Below, piece by piece: positions 59,414-64,000 of a stretch of 64,000 nt of DNA. Where the stretch lies: assembly GCF_054482525.1 (NCBI RefSeq), contig NZ_CM137006.1, one strand, 5' to 3'. The translations under genes were made by a program, and so were the position numbers. The first letter of the stretch is position 1, and each line of letters opens with the position of its first letter. Under the pieces are notes generated by a model. It saw only the letters and a list, made by a program, of their open reading frames with translations, did not search any database and had not been told where the DNA came from.

Positions 59414-59828
59414 GATCGTATGTGCCTTTATGATTGGTCTGTAGACAGTGTAGAGCAGAAAACAAAAGGTGGAGTCAGAACAGGATGAAAATCGGAGGAT
59501 AAAAAGTCAGTTCAAGTATGGAGGATTCAGTGGTTACCACCAGGAGCTTGCAATGGGAACATCGAATATTAACGGTAGCCACCAGTAAATTTCAAAAAAG
59601 AGCAAATACCTAATATTCAACTAAACAGTGGCATCTTCAATATCTTATTCTAAATATATTAAAGCCCTCATGGGGATACCTGGGCAGGGCTTCATGTTTG
59701 TAATTCCTACTTATGTAGGAAATGTTGTACAGAACATTTATTATAATCCTATTCAATTATAATAATCATGCCATTATTATATTTTAACACCAGAGCGTGT
59801 CGTTGGTATTTAATGGGGGAAGGTGAGA

Positions 59829-60145
59829 TGAAAAAGATAGCTGCTATATCATTAATTAGTGTTTTTCTTATGTCTGGGTGTGCTGTACATAATGATGAGA
59901 CAAGTATCGGTAAATTTGGTCTTGCATATAAAAGTAATATTCAGCGTAAACTCGATAACCAATACTACACCGAAGCCGAAGCTTCTTTAGCCAGGGGCAG
60001 AATTTCTGGTGCAGAAAATATAGTAAAAAATGATGCAGCTCATTTCTGTGTTACTCAGGGCAAAAAAATGCAGATAGTTGACCTGAAGACAGAAGGTGCA
60101 GGATTACATGGCGTCGCTCGTCTGACATTCAAATGTGGAGAGTGA
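59829..60145 (+). CDS. yegR: small lipoprotein-like protein
   Basis: Start at MKKIAAISLISVFLMSGC (lipobox). 105 aa, as in K-12 YegR. The ORF-track start at 59768 is rejected. Confidence 0.85.
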
Positions 60146-60315
60146 GAATATTTTTTGGTAAGCGTCAAACATCCGCGTTCTGGTTGTGCTTAGCCGGAAC
60201 CTGTGCGAGCACGATGCCGTTACGTGAAAGGCATCGTGCTATGAAGGGAGATTCTATCGATGTGGTCAATGGAAGACGGTCACCTGGGATCAATCCGTCT
60301 CTATGGTTTATGCAC

Positions 60316-60342
60316 AAAAAATAAGCCCGTGTAAGGGAGATT
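60316..60342. other. P2 attachment-site 27-bp core at the host/prophage junction (attL, int-proximal)
   Basis: AAAAAATAAGCCCGTGTAAGGGAGATT equals the P2 att core sequence as I remember it. It sits 80 bp beyond the 3' end of the P2-type int gene. Confidence 0.75.
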
Positions 60343-60421
60343 TAGGGTGTCACCAGTAGGGGCTTTCAACGGTACAATGCGGGTTTGAGCGGCATAAATT
60401 ACCACTGAAAGCCCTTAAACG

Positions 60422-61435
60422 TTACTCTACTGTGGACACTGTGTGGACACTCTCGGCCTCAGTACCACCTCTTAGCGGATTAAGAGAAATGGCGTCCTGA
60501 AGGTACTCTGGCGCAAAATGAGCGTAAACCATAGTTTGTTCAATCCGCGTGTGACCTAGTATCCGTTGTAGCGTGATAATACTTCCTCCATTAATCATGA
60601 AATGAGTGGCAAAGCTGTGCCTTAGTGCATGTGTGGCTTGCCCCATTGGCAAATCCGGTTTTATTGCTTTCATTGTTCGTCTGAAGCGAGGGTAATCAGC
60701 ATCAGGGAATAAAAAACCTCGTTTGTTATCCGCGATCATTTTGGCAACAGCCTCTGAGATCGGGACGGTGCGTGGTTTGTTTGTTTTCGTTTTAACAAAC
60801 GTGACGCGGTTATGGATGATATTTTCTGCTTTCAAACGAGCTGCTTCTCCCCAACGTGCGCCTGTACTCAGGCAAAGAATCGCAATCTTTTTGTTGTCGC
60901 CGTCAAGTGCTGCAAGCAGTAAGGCAATTTCTTCCTGTGTGAGATAGCCTGTTTCTGGTTTTTCCTCCTTAAGCCTCTTTGTCCCTCTGATAGGGTGCTC
61001 ACCAAAGAATAACTCCGCTTCAATCAGGGCTGTAAACATGCCGCTAATACATGTTAAATCACGATTGATACTCGAAGGTTTAATACCCTGACTTCTTCGG
61101 GTGGCGCAGTACTGGCTGATAAGGGATTTCGTGATTTGAAATGCGCATGGGTCATTCGTTATTTTTGTGAAGATTTCAATTTTTCCAAGATTAGATTTCC
61201 CATGCTCTTCGTGTTTACCCTTTAAATCCCACCAGATCTGTGTCAGTTCCGACAGACGTCGTTTGTCTGTTGGTTTTGATAGCCATTCTTTATTGTGGTG
61301 GTTGTACAACGTGTATTTTTCGAAAGCGACAGCTTCGCTTTTCTTATCAAACTTCCTACGGATGCGTTTTCCGTTACGTCCAGTAGGGCGGATGTCCACT
61401 TCATATCGACCATCATCGAGTTTTTTGATTGCCAT
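60422..61435 (-). CDS. int: P2-type tyrosine integrase
   Basis: 337 aa (MAIKKLDDGRYEVDIRPTGRNGKRIRRKF..). Catalytic motifs ARWGEA, HALRHSFAT and GHTRIEQTMVYAH. Confidence 0.93.
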   Translation of the reverse strand: MAIKKLDDGRYEVDIRPTGRNGKRIRRKFDKKSEAVAFEKYTLYNHHNKEWLSKPTDKRRLSELTQIWWDLKGKHEEHGKSNLGKIEIFTKITNDPCAFQITKSLISQYCATRRSQGIKPSSINRDLTCISGMFTALIEAELFFGEHPIRGTKRLKEEKPETGYLTQEEIALLLAALDGDNKKIAILCLSTGARWGEAARLKAENIIHNRVTFVKTKTNKPRTVPISEAVAKMIADNKRGFLFPDADYPRFRRTMKAIKPDLPMGQATHALRHSFATHFMINGGSIITLQRILGHTRIEQTMVYAHFAPEYLQDAISLNPLRGGTEAESVHTVSTVE

Positions 61436-61550
61436 CAGAAAACCCTCCGAGTGGTACTTTTTTTTGCTACTACTAATCGCTTTTTTCGTGGTGGCTGAAA
61501 TTTAGCCACCAATAGTAGGCACTTGTGATGAATATATTCACGATAAATTG

Positions 61551-61850
61551 TTAACCAGTCTTTTGACCGGAGTGGGGCGACGTTGTTTCGTTTTGCCCAA
61601 AGTGTGCGAGAGCGGGCGCAATTTGCCCGGCTTCTGGAGCTACCTGATCAGTCATGAACCACAAAGTATATTTAGTAAATCTGGGATGTTGTAAGACCTT
61701 CATTATGGCTTCAACTCCAGCGTTTTTTGACCGGCTCTCATAGCTCGAAAGTGAGCTGTAGGCTACACCAGTTAATTCACTGAATTCTTTACGGTTTAAC
61801 CTTTCAGATTCACGGATTAGCTTCAACTTCTCCGAAACGTCTATTGACAT
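61551..61850 (-). CDS. C: P2 C-type immunity repressor
   Basis: Start at MSIDVSEKLKLIRE (99 aa, the same length as P2 C). It has an HTH and the conserved C-terminal QIAPALAHFGQNETTSPHSGQKTG. The ORF-track extension is rejected. Confidence 0.85.
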   Translation of the reverse strand: MSIDVSEKLKLIRESERLNRKEFSELTGVAYSSLSSYESRSKNAGVEAIMKVLQHPRFTKYTLWFMTDQVAPEAGQIAPALAHFGQNETTSPHSGQKTG

Positions 61851-61971
61851 AATTACTCCGATTGCGTAATTTCTTGCTGATAGTGTGAAATATTGTGCTT
61901 CTGGAGTTATCCTTTTAGGCAATAATTAGCCATTAGGAGCCATTAGAAGCACTAAGGGAGAATCGTAGCAG

Positions 61972-62247
61972 ATGAATAGACAGCTTGTAAGCGTGACTGA
62001 TGCCGTGCCTTATCAGGAGTTTGCAAAACTCATTGGTAAAACTCCAAGAGCTGTAAGAGGCATGATTGAGAAAGGGAAATTACCAGTTATTGAGATTACT
62101 GACCCTCAGTCAGTATCGGGGCGTGCTGGTGAATATTGGGTATACCTTCCGGCATGGAATAACGGACTAAAACTGGCTTATGAAAGCCGTCCTAAAGAAA
62201 TTCGTGACGGCTGGTTGATGTGGTTAGGTCTCGGTGAACCACGTTAA
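61972..62247 (+). CDS. cox: Cox (excisionase / Pc repressor)
   Basis: 91 aa with AGEYWVYLPAWNNGLKLAYESRPKEIRDGWLMWLGLGEPR, as in P2 Cox. Divergent from C. Confidence 0.88.
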   Translation: MNRQLVSVTDAVPYQEFAKLIGKTPRAVRGMIEKGKLPVIEITDPQSVSGRAGEYWVYLPAWNNGLKLAYESRPKEIRDGWLMWLGLGEPR

Positions 62248-62257
62248 GGAGAACCGT

Positions 62258-62428
62258 ATGAATGAGCCTCGTTGTATTGCTCAGTTATTGCGTAACGAAA
62301 GCCCTAGGGCGATTGACTTCACCATCACCCACGGTAAGGGGCGTAAGGGAATCATTATCCGCACCAAAAAACAGAGTCCGTTAAAAAAGGCTCTGACCTT
62401 TCTGAAAAGCCGGAGGGTCTGGAAATGA
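62258..62428 (+). CDS. P2 orf78-like small protein
   Basis: 56 aa, starting after an AAGGAGAA Shine-Dalgarno. Positional equivalent of P2 orf78. Confidence 0.6.
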   Translation: MNEPRCIAQLLRNESPRAIDFTITHGKGRKGIIIRTKKQSPLKKALTFLKSRRVWK

Positions 62429-62925
62429 CAGTGATGACGCTCAATCTCGTTGAAAAACAGCCAGCAGCTATGCGCCGGATAATTGGTAAGCATCTGGCCG
62501 TCCCTCGCTGGCAGGAGACATGCGATTATTATAATCAGATGATGGAACGCGAACGGCTAACGGTTTGCTTCCATGCGCAGTTAAAACAGCGTCACGCAAC
62601 GATGCGTTTTGAAGAAATGAACGACGTCGAACGTGAACGGCTGGTTTGTGCAATTGATGAACTGCGTGGGGCATTCTCAAAACGCCGTCAGGTCGGTGCA
62701 AGTGAGTATGCATATATTAGCTTTTTAACTGTCAGTCAGCGCCGTACTTTATTTATGCATGCCGGATTGACTGAAAAAGAATTCAACCAGCCATACTGGC
62801 GAATTAATGAAGAATCATGTTACTGGCGTGATGCCTTATTCCGTGCATTACGTGAATTATTCAGCCTGTTTGAGTATGCACCGACAATTCTGACGTCGGT
62901 AAAACCAGAGCAATATCTGCATTAA
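62425..62925 (+). CDS. B: P2 gpB-like replication protein (helicase-loader-like)
   Basis: 166 aa, the same length and position as P2 B. ATGA overlap with the previous ORF. Confidence 0.8.
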   Translation: MTVMTLNLVEKQPAAMRRIIGKHLAVPRWQETCDYYNQMMERERLTVCFHAQLKQRHATMRFEEMNDVERERLVCAIDELRGAFSKRRQVGASEYAYISFLTVSQRRTLFMHAGLTEKEFNQPYWRINEESCYWRDALFRALRELFSLFEYAPTILTSVKPEQYLH

Positions 62926-62988
62926 GTAATTAACCAGAGTTTTTAACGCACTTAATTGTGCGGGGCTTCTTTTTGCCTGGAGAAAGTC

Positions 62989-63213
62989 ATGCATACAGTT
63001 TCTGAAAATCAGTGCGGTAAATACGCATTACTGCTGCAACAGGCCAGAACCGAAGCACAGGCCGACGCAGCGACGCGCTTTTCTTCTCATCTTGACGCCA
63101 TGATTCGCCACATCACAAAGGCGGAGTTATCCCGCGTAGAGATAGTCGAGCTGCTCAGTCAGGAGTCGGAAAAATTTCACAATATCGGATTGTCTCGCGG
63201 GGAGGTGCTTTGA
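62989..63213 (+). CDS. P2 orf80-like protein
   Basis: Start at MHTVSENQ after a GGAGAAAG Shine-Dalgarno. The assignment is positional. Confidence 0.6.
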   Translation: MHTVSENQCGKYALLLQQARTEAQADAATRFSSHLDAMIRHITKAELSRVEIVELLSQESEKFHNIGLSRGEVL

Positions 63214-63512
63214 TGTCCTGTTCTCATTCAGTTGTATTACTGAATAACGCCTTAAAAATCGCCGTTATGAAAAATGGCGATTTGTCTCTTATTCAACTTT
63301 GTCTTGATAAAGAAAAACGCGACATCACTGAATCTGTTATCGCGATTTATCAGAATGAATTAAACCTCCTGTCTGATGTGGTCAATTTACTTGTTAAACG
63401 CGCTGTATTCCACAAGCAAATTTCCTCAGTGGATGAACTGACAAAATTAACGACAGAACTTGCCAGTTATTGCGCTGATGTATCCAGGAAACTTAACGAT
63501 AAAAGGAGCTGA
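63210..63512 (+). CDS. P2 orf81-like protein
   Basis: 100-aa ORF overlapping the previous stop (ATGA). The assignment is positional. Confidence 0.6.
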   Translation: MMSCSHSVVLLNNALKIAVMKNGDLSLIQLCLDKEKRDITESVIAIYQNELNLLSDVVNLLVKRAVFHKQISSVDELTKLTTELASYCADVSRKLNDKRS

Positions 63513-63514
63513 TA

Positions 63515-63739
63515 ATGCCGGATAACGTAGATTTTATTCAGGAACAACAGGCTGAATTACTGGAGCGCCAGATTAACGCGGCAAGGGTAAAACATTGCGG
63601 TGCTTCTGCGCTGGTTTGCGAAGAGTGTGACGCGCCAATACCTGCTGCCCGTCGTGCGGCTTATCCGTCAGCCACGCGTTGTGTTTCCTGTCAGTCAGTC
63701 TTTGAAGCAAAAAACAAACATTACCGGAGAACGGCATGA
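63515..63739 (+). CDS. TraR/DksA-type C4 zinc-finger protein (P2 orf82-like)
   Basis: CEECDAPIP...CVSCQ forms a four-Cys zinc finger. 74 aa. Confidence 0.75.
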   Translation: MPDNVDFIQEQQAELLERQINAARVKHCGASALVCEECDAPIPAARRAAYPSATRCVSCQSVFEAKNKHYRRTA

Positions 63740-64000
63740 GTATTCGTATTGAAATTGGCGAACGTTATGTCGTTACCAGTGACAGCTTTCAGTTTATTCT
63801 CCACGAGAAAAAGAGAGCGGAAAGCGGTAAAAACGCCGGTCAGGAATGGCTGTCGGTGGTTGGTTATTACCCGAAATTAAGCCAGCTCGTTTCCGGCCTG
63901 ATGCATCACGATATTCTGACCGGAAGCGCAAAGTCTTTTGCTGATTTAAACGTGCAGGTTGAGCAACTCAGCAAGCGTTGTTCAGAGGCTTTTGGCTCAT
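63736..64000 (+). CDS. P2 orf83-like protein, 3' end outside the window
   Basis: The ATG at 63736 overlaps the preceding stop. The frame stays open to the window edge (MSIRIEIGERYVVTSDSFQFILHEKK..). Confidence 0.55.
   Translation, partial: MSIRIEIGERYVVTSDSFQFILHEKKRAESGKNAGQEWLSVVGYYPKLSQLVSGLMHHDILTGSAKSFADLNVQVEQLSKRCSEAFGS

Larger units (their letters stand above)
60316..64000. mobile_element. P2-like prophage, left (int/immunity/early replication) end; continues beyond the window
   Basis: The gene order int, C, cox, orf78, B, orf80-83, with lengths 337, 99, 91 and 166 aa, matches phage P2. It is located next to yegR, where K-12 carries a cryptic P2 remnant. Confidence 0.9.

Noticed and set aside
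60133-60324. 63-aa ORF running from the yegR 3' end into the P2 att core
   Set aside because: It starts inside yegR in another frame, has no Shine-Dalgarno, and its stop is created by the att core AAAAAATAA. It is most likely fortuitous.

Overview
The window is Escherichia coli chromosome. It is colinear with the K-12 bglX to yegR region but in inverted orientation. I recognised this from protein sequences and gene order by memory; no searches were run. Backbone order: bglX', osmF-yehYXW, yohO, mlrA, btsSR, yehS, yehR, yehQPML, yehK, yehI, molR, metG, mrp, yehEDCBA, rcnB-rcnA/rcnR, thiMD, yegXWVUT, fbaB, gatYZABCD-gatR, yegS, yegR. Three accessory insertions interrupt this backbone. (1) A tandemly duplicated zor/orz type I toxin-antitoxin module lies between yehL and yehK (16.2-17.3 kb). 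(2) A 7.9-kb AT-rich integrative element is inserted inside the thiM TPP riboswitch and bounded by perfect 82-bp direct repeats (36143-44114). It carries a tyrosine integrase, an HNH-nuclease protein, a small secreted protein, an XRE-fusion regulator and a serine recombinase with a res-like site. It also has about 1.85 kb without a convincing ORF that holds five 22/23-bp iterons plus other repeat families, followed by a four-gene putative Rep operon. This integrated plasmid-like episome is my best candidate for something undescribed. (3) The left end of a P2-like prophage starts at 60316 with the P2 att core, then int, C, cox, B and orf80-83. The co-oriented block molR-yehI-yehK and yehLMPQ (WGR/DUF4132 giants, then MoxR AAA+, vWA and SWIM proteins) is conserved but functionally uncharacterised, and is a second candidate system. 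All product names rest on my recollection of families and motifs. Coordinates of short RNAs, promoters and repeats were read by eye.
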